A DNA stretch of 64,000 nucleotides from Nitrosopumilaceae archaeon. Its GTDB lineage: Archaea > Thermoproteota > Nitrososphaeria > Nitrososphaerales > Nitrosopumilaceae. How positions within the stretch are numbered: position 1 is the stretch's first letter; each line of letters opens with the position of its first letter. Location: the NCBI GenBank assembly GCA_965209085.1, contig OZ242376.1, forward strand, positions 1,088,001 through 1,152,000, in the 5' to 3' direction. The position numbers were made by a program, and so were the translations under genes. Below are positions 21,226 to 30,429 of this stretch, piece after piece. The notes below the pieces were generated by a model. It ran no database searches. It was not told where the DNA came from and saw nothing but the letters and a program-made list of their open reading frames with translations.

Positions 21226-21501
21226 ATGACTGTGCATATAAGAGAGAGGGATGGTACAGAATATATCTATTTTTTGGCCGGAAAACGTCAGTTTTATCTG
21301 GGTCGCAAGGACGATTTAGAAAACATAAACCAGGATACTTTATTGAAAGCGGCCTCCGAGCTTGATAAAACATTTGACAAACACATGAAACGTTATGTCA
21401 AGAGCCTTTTGGAATGTGTTGCATTAATGGATAAAAAATATGCTGCAACGTATCTTGCTAAAAGAAGAACAGCTATTAACCAAAATTTACCTAAAATATA
21501 A
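21226..21501 (+). CDS. Small basic protein divergent from the integrase; possible DNA-binding or excision factor
   Basis: ATG 21226, 91 aa; HIRERDGTEYIY...FYLG resembles the SSV1 integrase N-terminal motif as I recall it. Confidence 0.6.
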   Translation: MTVHIRERDGTEYIYFLAGKRQFYLGRKDDLENINQDTLLKAASELDKTFDKHMKRYVKSLLECVALMDKKYAATYLAKRRTAINQNLPKI

Positions 21502-21621
21502 TGATGTTATAATATTTGATCAAATTCGGTGGTACAAAATGTTTATTCGTGCTATCTAACAATGAAGTACCAAATCATGTATAAAAGTCATTTTTAGTTT
21601 TTTGACATATGGGGTTATGAA

Positions 21622-21891
21622 TTATTTAGAACGATTTTGTAATAATGCAATTATTGATGAGGATCCAAGAAACATTAAAGATAATACATATAGTGCGAAT
21701 GTGGGTACCCACAGTTTTGGAGTTTTATCACATTCATTAAATTCAGTCCTGTTCATGGTATCAAAAATTGCATTACCCATACAACTATGTAGATTCAATG
21801 AATTAGGTACGTTTGATATAAAAACTATAATACCAAATAATAATCCACATACAAGTAATAAAACACAGAGTGTTGTCATTTTATCGGACAT
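21622..21891 (-). CDS. Small two-TM membrane protein
   Basis: Two hydrophobic helices flanking a loop with two Cys. Confidence 0.5.
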   Translation of the reverse strand: MSDKMTTLCVLLLVCGLLFGIIVFISNVPNSLNLHSCMGNAIFDTMNRTEFNECDKTPKLWVPTFALYVLSLMFLGSSSIIALLQNRSK

Positions 21892-22059
21892 GTATATATT
21901 TTCTAATTTTTTACATATAAATACGTTTTTGCATGGGTCATGTCACAACCTGGGGTAAAATTTGTAACACTTGGAGTGTTCTCCTTTTATGGAGCCCAAT
22001 CCACTTTACTGTACTTTCGTGTGTCAACATATTGAAATTATGTTAACGTTCTAAATTTA

Positions 22060-22359
22060 TTAAAAACTACCTAGTTTTCCGAGATTGTCATCTTGTGTGT
22101 TATTTGGATTTGTTTTAACATATTTGTGGCCGTTAACTTCATGAACAGATATGTCCTCACCTTTTTTCCATGCTCCATTTTTGTATATTGTTACAAATGT
22201 TTTTCCTTGTTCTAAATAGTGTATCAAATTTTGTCTACTTATTATTGTAGTAGCACGTGCGACACTGTCACCATCATTATCTACACGTGTAAGAACTGCA
22301 TTTATAATATCGTCTTTATATCTTACTGCAGATATTAAATAATCAGCCCATTTTACCAT
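22060..22359 (-). CDS. DUF3892-family protein
   Basis: KWADYLISAVRY N-terminus, G..FVT, YVKT..N....DNL..L..F C-terminus. Confidence 0.8.
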   Translation of the reverse strand: MVKWADYLISAVRYKDDIINAVLTRVDNDGDSVARATTIISRQNLIHYLEQGKTFVTIYKNGAWKKGEDISVHEVNGHKYVKTNPNNTQDDNLGKLGSF

Positions 22360-22413
22360 ATTAATATTTACATGTTATAGTATATAAATATAAATATGAT
22401 TATGTATGGTTCG

Positions 22414-23589
22414 TATAGCGCCAATCAAAAGTTCATGAGTATTTTTGGAGATTTTCTAAATATATAATCCACAATATTCAGATTGAATTTTACGGTCCTT
22501 AAATATTCAGACACCACATTCTGCATAATGGTAAACGTTGGACAATATTCGGATACCACCAATGCATATTTGTTAATCTTCCAGCACTGTTTGATCATGT
22601 TCAAATATGGTGATCCCTTTGGCAACAAAATTAATTTGACATTGGGATTGTCTGTTAGAAACTCTCTGACTTTATTTGATGTGTACCGAAGCGCGATCCA
22701 ACATTATTGCGATTTTTCCATATCTGTATTGCAACTCTTTCAAATATTTTACAAATGTTACAGAATTGAATTTTTTGTAAATTCTAAACATTTGATTCCC
22801 ATTCTCCAACATGGTTCCGTATACTGCAAAATTTTCATGTTTTCCAACATGTGGTAAAAATATTCGTTTTGCAACAAGTGACCAATATTTACGTCCTGCT
22901 TTTATATCTCTGACAAAGAACGCCTCATCCAACATTGCAATGGTAAATCCATTCTTTTTTAGGCGTGAAATTCTCTTTTTCATATATTGTTGCCAGTTGC
23001 ATACTGATGCAGCACTTGCATGATTTATGTGGTATTTCTGTGTAGTCTTGGCAGACATGCCATACTGATGCATGATCTTTCTAACATATGTAATATGCAA
23101 TTTTTCTCCAGTAACGTCATCTATTCTTTATTGTACCTACACAGGCGTTGCTATGGCAGATGTTATTTTGAGCATTAGACTTCATGCATAATGGGTCAAA
23201 TTCACAATTTTTACGAATAAAAATGACCAATTTGAACGATTATGCATACGGTCTATTATGGAACCCATTTATTTCTTTGAGACAATTCTTACTCGTCCAT
23301 TTTATGGGCGATCGCGGAGGCCATCAAGACCATCCGCATCAAAACGATCCACCCACATACGTACCCAATTCGGGCAATGTCGCAGCATATTTGCAATTTC
23401 TTGTACTTGTTTGCCATCTTTGCAAACCATGAGTATTGCAAGCATTCGTGTTGATGCTATACTGGAACGTTCTTTCTTGTACGCTTTTTCAAGTTGTTCT
23501 AATTTGTTCATGTGTATTGTAATAATTTGGAGATCCAAATACTTTTCGGTTCGATAAATTTATCTTATGAACTTTGGCGTGTGGCTATA
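22414..23589 (-). mobile_element. IS630-family element with fragmented transposase (23302-23538, 22672-23100, 22425-22628)
   Basis: IRs tatagcgccaatcaaaagttcat and tatagccacacgccaaagttcat (rc). Motifs GLDGLRDRP, LDE, LDRAS.H, LPKGSPYLN. Confidence 0.85.
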
Positions 23590-24206
23590 ACATTACTTCC
23601 AAATTGAACGTAATTTTCGTAATTTTTTTCGATCATACACAGATGCATCTAATTCACAGAGTATATTTTTTTGATTAGAATATTTATTTAAAAGTGCTAA
23701 AATTCTTAATATCGCAATTTGAGAGTATTTTTGCAATTTGGCAGTTATTTTCTCAAGATCATCGTCTTTCAGTTGATTTCGATCTTTTTTCCGATGTTCC
23801 ACACCATGTACAATTGAATTTCTTATTTGGTAAACATTTTTAGAGAATTTCCAAATTTCTAACATTTGATCATCATTATTACTTAATAATGCAGACATTC
23901 TATGCGCAATTTTTGTTGTGGTATCACCAGCACCAGTAGTAAGAAGAGATTCCAATGCTATCACATAATCCAATATTTTTTCCTTCTCATTATTATGATC
24001 GTGTGCCAAACCAAAACGCCTTAATGTATATAATATTGTTAATCGGTCATTTTCGAGTAATTTATTATAGATGTTTTTATAAAATAATTCAAGTTTTTTA
24101 ATTATTACAGGATTTAATTGGACTATATTAGATGTGGATTGTTTAATTGGTTCCCAACCAAAATTTTTTAATGTTCCAATATCCCAGATATCTGACATTC
24201 TAGAAT

Positions 24207-25463
24207 AGATGTCTTGCGTAATAAAAAATTCGGCATAACAATATATTGTGCCTAATAATTAAAGTGTTATGTTAAAAAATCACATTCTGGAATATGATTT
24301 ACAGTTAATCTAAGACAATACGCCACATGTCAATTATGTGATCACCGTTTGCAGTAATTCATGTTGGAACAATGTAGGTTTGCAAACCCACGCGACAACA
24401 TGTACATCTGGTCAATATCGGGCGTGCAGTATGATGTTATAATGAGCGTGCCCACTCATTTTTGTAATTTATTAATCCGTTTACAACCTGCACGATTCCA
24501 TCATATTTATCAAATCGTGATCGGAATACATCTCGGCGTATGTTGAATTTCTTAATTCTGCTGTAAACATGTTCTATCCGTACACGTACGCTTGAGAGTA
24601 ATTTATTGTGAAATATTTGTTCGCGGGTTCTCTTTTTATTTTTATATTTTTTACAGGGTATGATCGAATTTGCTTGTGGAAACGCGTCATGTATTCCCTG
24701 ATATGCACTATCATAGAGATTTGAAACAGAATTCAACAGATCCTGCGTAATTTTGTTTTCACACTGCAGTGGGTGGTTCTCTTTTACAATGGCATAATCG
24801 TGTACACTGCCAGGATATGACATTGAGCTATACAAGATCATTCCGTTTCCGTTTATGACTTCTGTTGTTTTTCTGGTATGTGTTTTGTGCTTGCCAGAAT
24901 AGTTTTTCTTTTGTTCTTCCTTGTCACTTGGACGCCATACCCGTTGTTCGGTAGCATCTGTAACGCAATAATTGTCAGGAAAATTCTTTTCAAGATCTTT
25001 GGAAGATTTTATTTCTAAAACTTGTTTGTGTAGTTTATGTGGAGTTGGAAGAATATCTGCCAATATCTTTAGAATCATGCCTATGTTTCGTTGTACATTA
25101 CTTTGATCCAAGTCAAACATGTATCCTATTTTTTCATACGACTGGTATTCTCGTAAATAAACAAGCGTCATTATTAACCGATCTGGCAGTGACAAGTGAT
25201 GTTTCCTGCCTCCTCCTGGACTTCGTTGTCTTTCTGCTGCATCTGCAACATCCAGCTGGCATTCAAGATATTTTTTACGTATGCCAGGAATCAAGGAATC
25301 AAATTCTTCGACCGTAAGACCGGTAAACGCCTTGAATGCACGCGGTTTTTTGCGCATTGTCGTTTCTGAGAACACAAAACACAGTAAACATGCATGAAAA
25401 TAGATCGATGTGATCTAAAAGTTTGGACTGCATGATTGAATTTCTTTATTACGCAAGGCATCT
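24207..25463 (-). mobile_element. IS5-family (ISL2-like, DDE_Tnp_4) insertion sequence
   Basis: IRs agatgtcttgcgtaataaa and agatgccttgcgtaataaa (rc); 3-bp target duplication AAT at 24204-24206 and 25464-25466. Confidence 0.9.
24437..25375 (-). CDS. IS5-family transposase, intact ORF
   Basis: FTGLT..EF, GGRK..L, DATEQ, GSVHD, DSAYQG, RVRIEH. Confidence 0.9.
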   Translation of the reverse strand: MFSETTMRKKPRAFKAFTGLTVEEFDSLIPGIRKKYLECQLDVADAAERQRSPGGGRKHHLSLPDRLIMTLVYLREYQSYEKIGYMFDLDQSNVQRNIGMILKILADILPTPHKLHKQVLEIKSSKDLEKNFPDNYCVTDATEQRVWRPSDKEEQKKNYSGKHKTHTRKTTEVINGNGMILYSSMSYPGSVHDYAIVKENHPLQCENKITQDLLNSVSNLYDSAYQGIHDAFPQANSIIPCKKYKNKKRTREQIFHNKLLSSVRVRIEHVYSRIKKFNIRRDVFRSRFDKYDGIVQVVNGLINYKNEWARSL

Positions 25464-26183
25464 AATATAGACCGCCAAATATAGGATCACCAGAATTAAA
25501 TAATTTAAGAGCACCTAAGATATGTTCAGTGTCTGGAATTATTTTTTTTTCAGTTCCGGGTATTCGTTTATGTTTACAGATCAAAACGCATTTTAAATTT
25601 AATTGGTAAGGAGGGATAGTATCCTGAGGTGATTTTTGTATATTTAATATGTAAGAATATTCCGCGTCAGTGATTTTACGAATCCATAAATTATCAGTTA
25701 ATATAATTTTTGTGAAATTGCCATCAACATTGTATATTGGTATCAAATAATATAATAATTCTACATCATATGTTATATAATTTACAAAATTAGAAATTGT
25801 GTCATGTAATAATTGTTTTGTGTTATTTTCACTGTTTTTTATCGCATATGATATAGCATAATCCAAATATGATTTGGCAGGTGTGGGGTTAGTTTTATAG
25901 TTGTTTTGAATCAGTAATGATTTGAGAACATCGTGTAGAACATCGTAAGAATTATTATTATCACCATCATACTGATTTTTAAGATCAATTCTTACATCAT
26001 GGTTAAGTTTAATATGATCAATTTGAGTTATCATATCCATGTTTAATAATTTTCCATTCAAATCTCTTAATGGTTTTTTTACAGATTTTTGATAATTTTG
26101 AGGATTTTGTTCTAATCTATTTTTACATATGTCTAATGTGTTTTCTAAAAAAGGTCTCATATGTTTTTCCAATGTTTTAGTGT

Positions 26184-27239
26184 TCATCGTTGTTCCGGCA
26201 TCGATCTAGTTAGGATTCCTAATTTATCATGCAGATATGTTGCTAAGTTTGAACCATTGGGTGTTCTTTTATTATCAATGATCACAATTCGAGGGTTTGC
26301 GCGCTTTACATATTCTATAAGATCTGTAAACTCCGCATGTTCGTCAGAAGCAATCCAAAATTTTTCATTTTTGTTTTGTGCGGTAAAATTTCCAAAACCA
26401 CCAGTTATTGATATTCTTCTCATGATGCCTTCATTTTCTTCAGAAGTATGTTGCATGGTATCTCTAAATTCTATTCTAGGATATCTCTCTTCCATCAAGT
26501 TTTCTGCATCAGGTGATTTAATATCCAACAGCCTTTCTTGTTGTACGGTACAATCATCTCTATTATTGTATATGTTTGTCATTCTAATGTTTGTGTCACT
26601 AGCAAGGAATTTTATTGTATTAGGAATATTGCTATTATTGGCAAGGCTACACATGACGTGTTGTAATTTTCCTCTATAAGCGTGAATGCATACGGACATT
26701 CCTTTGTTTATCGCTTCAACTACCCAATCGTTTAATCTACGTTCAAGACTTTCGCCGTCAATTTGTTTGTCAAAACGTATGTTACCATGTGTAGAATCAA
26801 TTACTAGTACGTCACATTCTGGTGCTTTATCTTGTGGAGAGATGTCGCCAGAATATACTATTTTGACATTATCATCGGTTTGGAGAAAAACTTGACCAGA
26901 CCCAAACATATGTTTAGATTCAAATAATGTAAGATAATCAGCACTTCCATTATGACGGATCGGTACAGATTGTCCAAAATCTAGTTGGTGAAGTTGTGTT
27001 CTTAGTTCATACGTATCGTTATTTATCGCTTCCAATAGCTTTGCGGTTACATGAGACATGAATACAGGATATTGATGCATACATCGTTCAAAGCTATTTT
27101 TAGCATGATCAACGTGAGGATGAGTAAAAACCGCGGCTTTGACCCCAGGTATAAATCCATCACAAACCACAGATTTTCCAAGTCTGATAGAACCATCGTC
27201 AGTCACACTAGCATATGAAAACAGATCATGGTCAGTCAT
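26184..27239 (-). CDS. Metallo-beta-lactamase / beta-CASP family nuclease
   Basis: THPHVDH, HMFGS, YSGD, VIDSTHG, SDEHAEF motifs. Confidence 0.85.
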   Translation of the reverse strand: MTDHDLFSYASVTDDGSIRLGKSVVCDGFIPGVKAAVFTHPHVDHAKNSFERCMHQYPVFMSHVTAKLLEAINNDTYELRTQLHQLDFGQSVPIRHNGSADYLTLFESKHMFGSGQVFLQTDDNVKIVYSGDISPQDKAPECDVLVIDSTHGNIRFDKQIDGESLERRLNDWVVEAINKGMSVCIHAYRGKLQHVMCSLANNSNIPNTIKFLASDTNIRMTNIYNNRDDCTVQQERLLDIKSPDAENLMEERYPRIEFRDTMQHTSEENEGIMRRISITGGFGNFTAQNKNEKFWIASDEHAEFTDLIEYVKRANPRIVIIDNKRTPNGSNLATYLHDKLGILTRSMPEQR

Positions 27240-27998
27240 TTAATCAACTACAGATTCTAACATATGATTTATGACATTTTTACGCAGTATGTTATGATAT
27301 GAAGAATATTCATTTATAGATGCATGTCCAATTTTGGTAAGTGATAGTCGAATATAATCATCAAACATATGAGAATTTTTTAATGACGTTGGCGGAAATT
27401 TTTTAGAGAGTAAAAATTTTGTAAAATCATGTAGGTTTTGTTTTTTATCAATAGATAATTTTTGTATTATTTTTACTAGTTCAGGATCAATACCGCTAAT
27501 GAATATGAAATGTTCAATGATATCAGTTCTTTTTATGTCTAGTTCATTTGAAATACATTCTTCAATAGATTTGTTAGGATTTCTTTTTTTCCATTGAATG
27601 ATACCTTTAATTTCAGTTTTGGTAATCGGGTGAGGCATAATCATAATAGCATTCACTGTTTTTAGTATATCATCTTTATTTTTCAAATATGTCAATCGAG
27701 TGGCTACGCTAAATCCAATAGATTCATTTGTTTTTGATACACCCCACATGATCATATCTTGTATTTCATCAGGTAATTCGAGTAATCTTAGAAATTGGTT
27801 CAACATATCTATAGACAATCTGAGTCTTTTTATCACTTCGTTTTTATCATTATTCATATCGTGCAACAAATTTTGAAGTTCTTTTGCAACTTCAACAGGT
27901 CGCAATGGCCTGTCAATGTAATCAACCTTTATGCTAGAAAGCAATTTTGCCAAACGTTGAGGATTACGTAATAATATCAGATCAGACATTTGTAGCAA
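27240..27998 (-). CDS. ParB-like HTH protein lacking the N-terminal ParB/Srx catalytic domain
   Basis: LRPVEVAKEL...LS..MLNQFLRLLELPDEIQDMI..G...FSVA matches the ParB central HTH pattern; no GxRR motif. Confidence 0.65.
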   Translation of the reverse strand: MLQMSDLILLRNPQRLAKLLSSIKVDYIDRPLRPVEVAKELQNLLHDMNNDKNEVIKRLRLSIDMLNQFLRLLELPDEIQDMIMWGVSKTNESIGFSVATRLTYLKNKDDILKTVNAIMIMPHPITKTEIKGIIQWKKRNPNKSIEECISNELDIKRTDIIEHFIFISGIDPELVKIIQKLSIDKKQNLHDFTKFLLSKKFPPTSLKNSHMFDDYIRLSLTKIGHASINEYSSYHNILRKNVINHMLESVVD

Positions 27999-28803
27999 TC
28001 AAACCTATACCAATTAGTTCTGACACAGCATTTTCGTTGGTATCAATTCCTTTTACGGTTTTGAATATTTCGATTTTTTCTATTTGATCTTCTGTTACGT
28101 CTATGTGCAATATGTTCGATTGTGTTCGTTTTTTTGCCTTTTCTACTGCTGCTATAGGGGTTATGCCAGGATTGCTATGTATTATGCCGCCTACTTTATT
28201 CTTTGCTCCAGTAGAAAGAGGTTTCATGGCAATCGCTGTTTCTATAAGCATTTTTGTATCAACGTCAGATTCATCCCCTCCTAGTGCATTAAGAGCTTTG
28301 AATGCGTTATCTTGAGTAATTGTTTTGTCATTGATAGCTTCTTGGACATCTTCGGGTAAGCTGTTTACAGCAATATATTTTCGAATGGTGCTTTCAGATA
28401 ATCCTAATTCTTCAGCTACGGATTTAACTGTACGATATTTTCTCATATACATATCTACAATATCAACATAATCAGCACGTTTCATTTCTTTGCGTGCGGT
28501 ATTTTCTCCAAGAGAGATACGTTTAGCTTCAAATTCATCAATTTCACGGGTTACATAACGTGCAGATATGGTAGACATGTTCAATATCTTGTGTACTTGA
28601 AGTCGTCTTTGACCTGCTACTAGCTCAAATTTTCCATCAGATAGTTTTTTGACGATAACTGGGCTAGTCATGCCATCTTTTCTTATGCTGTGAACCAAAT
28701 CATCATCAGATTTAACTATGGTGTCTCTTTGTCGTGCTTGAGAATTACCAAGTGTGACATTTTCCAAGGATACTTCTATTATCTCGGGAGATAGTAAGCT
28801 CAT
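27982..28803 (-). CDS. ParB/Srx-domain protein (N-terminal ParB domain, HTH, RHH-like C-terminus)
   Basis: LVHSI..DGM.SPVIV, LVAGQRRL, SLGEN.AR, VAEELGLSESTIRKY. Confidence 0.88.
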   Translation of the reverse strand: MSLLSPEIIEVSLENVTLGNSQARQRDTIVKSDDDLVHSIRKDGMTSPVIVKKLSDGKFELVAGQRRLQVHKILNMSTISARYVTREIDEFEAKRISLGENTARKEMKRADYVDIVDMYMRKYRTVKSVAEELGLSESTIRKYIAVNSLPEDVQEAINDKTITQDNAFKALNALGGDESDVDTKMLIETAIAMKPLSTGAKNKVGGIIHSNPGITPIAAVEKAKKRTQSNILHIDVTEDQIEKIEIFKTVKGIDTNENAVSELIGIGLIATNV

Positions 28804-28879
28804 ATGTGATAATTAATGCCATCATTAAATAATATATCGAAATGTTGTTTTTAACTAGGCGTGAATTTACCTTCTTTTT

Positions 28880-30037
28880 TTAGTCAAAACGTATATTTGA
28901 CAAATTTTTTACAGCGTTTAAGACATGTTTTATGAGATAATCTATCTCATCATCAGTGTTAAATCGCCCCATTCCAATTCTGATCGCCAAATGAGAATCT
29001 TCCTCACCCATCCCCAATGCAAGGAGTACGTGGGAGGGTTCGACGGATTGTGTAGTGCATGCAGAGCCGGCAGAAATTGCAATTTTTTTGTTGATAGTAT
29101 TGATTATAGCTTTTCCGTCAATTCCAGGAAAAATAACGTTGATGTTATGCAAGAGTCTGTTATTAGGAGGTCCATTTAATTTTGCTCCAAATTTTTGAAA
29201 TGATTTCATAATATTTTTAAACCATTTTCCAAATCTAATGTTTTCTTCATGCATCTCATTAATAGCAATTTCGATCGCTTTGCCAAATCCTACGATAGCT
29301 GGAACGTTAAGAGTTCCAGAACGCATATTCCGTTCTTGACCACCTCCACGTAGAATTGGATCTGGTTTAACTCTAGGTTTTATACCCCGTACATACAAAG
29401 CTCCAATTCCTTTAGGACCATACATTTTATGAGCTGAAAACGACATTAAGTCAATATTCATTGCTTGTACGTCAATTGGAATATGGCCTACAGCTTGGGC
29501 TGCATCTGTATGGAAAATAATATTCTTTTCGTGTGCTATTTTTCCAATTTTTTCGACATCGGCAATTGTTCCAATTTCATTATTGGCTGCCATGATAGAT
29601 ATCATTACAGTTTTATCTGTAATTGAATTTGATAATTCATTCAGATCTATTTCCCCGTATTTATTTACAGGTAAATACGTAATTTTTTTACTCAAAGTTT
29701 CCAAATATTTGGCAACATCTAATATTGCATCATGTTCAGTAACACAAGTAATTAGATGATTTCCACGGTCGGCATATTTTTGCATGGTTCCTACTAATGC
29801 CAGATTATTTGATTCTGTTGCGCCACTGGTAAATATAATTTCATCATATTGTGCGCCAATTGATTTTGCAATTTTCTCTCGTGCAGATTTTACAGCTATA
29901 GATGCTTCATTTCCAAAAGAGTGATCTGTGCTAGACGCATTGCCAAATTTTGTTGTAAAATAAGGCATCATTTCTTCCAATACACGGTTATCCAAAGGTG
30001 TAGTTGCATGATGGTCAAGGTATATTGGAAACTTCAT
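28880..30037 (-). CDS. dndA: Cysteine desulfurase of the phosphorothioation cluster
   Basis: YLDHHATTP, FTSGATESNN, SAHKMYGPKG (PLP Lys), SAGSAC (catalytic Cys); overlaps the dndE stop. Confidence 0.88.
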   Translation of the reverse strand: MKFPIYLDHHATTPLDNRVLEEMMPYFTTKFGNASSTDHSFGNEASIAVKSAREKIAKSIGAQYDEIIFTSGATESNNLALVGTMQKYADRGNHLITCVTEHDAILDVAKYLETLSKKITYLPVNKYGEIDLNELSNSITDKTVMISIMAANNEIGTIADVEKIGKIAHEKNIIFHTDAAQAVGHIPIDVQAMNIDLMSFSAHKMYGPKGIGALYVRGIKPRVKPDPILRGGGQERNMRSGTLNVPAIVGFGKAIEIAINEMHEENIRFGKWFKNIMKSFQKFGAKLNGPPNNRLLHNINVIFPGIDGKAIINTINKKIAISAGSACTTQSVEPSHVLLALGMGEEDSHLAIRIGMGRFNTDDEIDYLIKHVLNAVKNLSNIRFD

Positions 30038-30429
30038 GTTTGTACTGCTCTTTCTTGCTGGATAACATAAGCAAAATCAGATATTTTATGTATTCTTGCA
30101 AATAATGCTATTGCTCCACGATTAAAATGAGCCCGGACCATTTTATTTAAATATTTTTGTGGATCTAACCCTTCACGTTTTAATCTTTGAACCATTAATG
30201 CCATAAATACATCTTCGTATTCTCCAAACATGACAGATGGATGTATTTCAGAACCTTTTTCATCAAATTCTTCTGGATTTGGAGGGGATGGATCATTAAG
30301 TGACATACATATTGCAAATCTACCAACAATATTTGGAGTAAGACCAGTTCTTGATTTAATCTGGGCAAGTAGGTTTTGTGAACGATAGCTCATTCGTAAT
30401 CTGTTAAACCGTAACAATTTTTTCTCCAT
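30034..30429 (-). CDS. dndE: DNA sulfur modification protein DndE
   Basis: RLRMS....L..IK.RTGL.PN...RFA.C.SL, H..RG pattern; position between dndD and dndA. Start set at ATG 30429. Confidence 0.85.
   Translation of the reverse strand: MEKKLLRFNRLRMSYRSQNLLAQIKSRTGLTPNIVGRFAICMSLNDPSPPNPEEFDEKGSEIHPSVMFGEYEDVFMALMVQRLKREGLDPQKYLNKMVRAHFNRGAIALFARIHKISDFAYVIQQERAVQT

Larger units (their letters stand above)
23593..26187 (-). pseudogene. ApeA-like HEPN-domain gene (444 aa reconstructed) interrupted by IS5
   Basis: Removing 24207-25463 plus one AAT copy fuses ...FGGLY-SR-MSDIWD... in frame. The C-terminal half has IALESLL and RNSIVH (Rx4H). Confidence 0.85.

Noticed and set aside
27240-28803. 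Plasmid partition (parAB) locus
   Set aside because: No ParA ATPase, replication initiator or evident parS array in the island.
28880-30037. Housekeeping iscS
   Set aside because: It overlaps dndE inside a mobile island and has no iscU/suf neighbours, so dndA is the better call.
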